IMG/VR virus record: IMGVR_UViG_3300044614_000089
Span: 1 to 25,089 of that record
Length of the DNA: 25,089 nt
Reading direction: 5' to 3' (one strand)
DNA from: a virus
Taxonomy: Duplodnaviria > Caudoviricetes
Shown here: positions 24,927 through 25,089 of the stretch, in pieces
Layout: every line of letters begins with the position of its first letter
Numbering within the stretch: position 1 is the stretch's first letter
Position numbers and translations under genes: made by a program
Notes under the pieces: generated by a model
The model's input: only the letters and a program-made list of their open reading frames with translations
What the model was told of the DNA's origin: nothing
The model's database searches: none

Positions 24927-25089
24927 TTAAATTTTTATTAGTTTATATTTATTATTATTGTTTTTAATAAAATGTCTTACACTAGAATAAGGGTAATTAA
25001 AAGCTTCACAAGCTTCTTTTATTGTATCAAAATAAATACCAGTATCTAAATGTAATACTTCTTTTGCGAAAGGGTTTTTATTTCCATTT
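24927..25089 (-). CDS. 3' end of a NUMOD-containing protein, probably a homing endonuclease (partial)
   Basis: Read by hand: ..GNKNPFAKEVLHLDTGIYFDTIKEACEAFNYPYSSVRH...KLIKI*; G.KNP followed by a NUMOD1-like TG..F.TIKEA. Confidence 0.6.
   Translation of the reverse strand, partial: NGNKNPFAKEVLHLDTGIYFDTIKEACEAFNYPYSSVRHFIKNNNNKYKLIKI

Noticed and set aside
1-25089. Stop-codon reassignment, tRNA genes, CRISPR array, integrase
   Set aside because: Genes tile densely under the standard code with TAA, TAG and TGA all used as stops; intergenic gaps are short, and no cloverleaf, repeat-spacer array or recombinase was seen.

Overview
A 25-kb fragment of an AT-rich tailed-phage genome (siphovirus-like Caudoviricetes). 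The host is most likely in Bacteroidota (Flavobacteriia-like), inferred from TAnnTTTG host-type promoters, A-rich starts without Shine-Dalgarno sequences and a lipoprotein spanin candidate. Every credible gene is on the minus strand. In transcription order (right to left): the tail end of a NUMOD-type protein; small early genes (PD-(D/E)XK nuclease, DUF3310, RecE/ExoVIII-like nuclease, DnaA-C-terminal-like HTH protein, PAPS-reductase-family protein); TerS and TerL; a self-contained cassette of four small genes; tail chaperone, tail terminator, neck protein, two tail-tip proteins and tape measure; XkdF-type prohead protease, scaffold, major capsid and probable tail tube; portal with a long C-terminal extension, adaptor and fibre; then holin, M15 endolysin and spanin. 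Four signals are not shown by the ORF track: (1) a -1 frameshift site (U9) opening a hidden 85-aa reading frame, so about 200 nt are dual-coding; (2) a shared EVKLA/GVKMA motif in the protease, scaffold, portal and a small non-core protein, suggesting a maturation/capsid-targeting tag; (3) five copies of a putative late promoter ACAA-N14/15-ATTTTTAAA; (4) 11-bp-periodic TGTTAAA boxes at an identical distance from two host-type promoters. About ten additional small or partial ORFs were read by hand. Family names come from motif recognition only; no database search was run.
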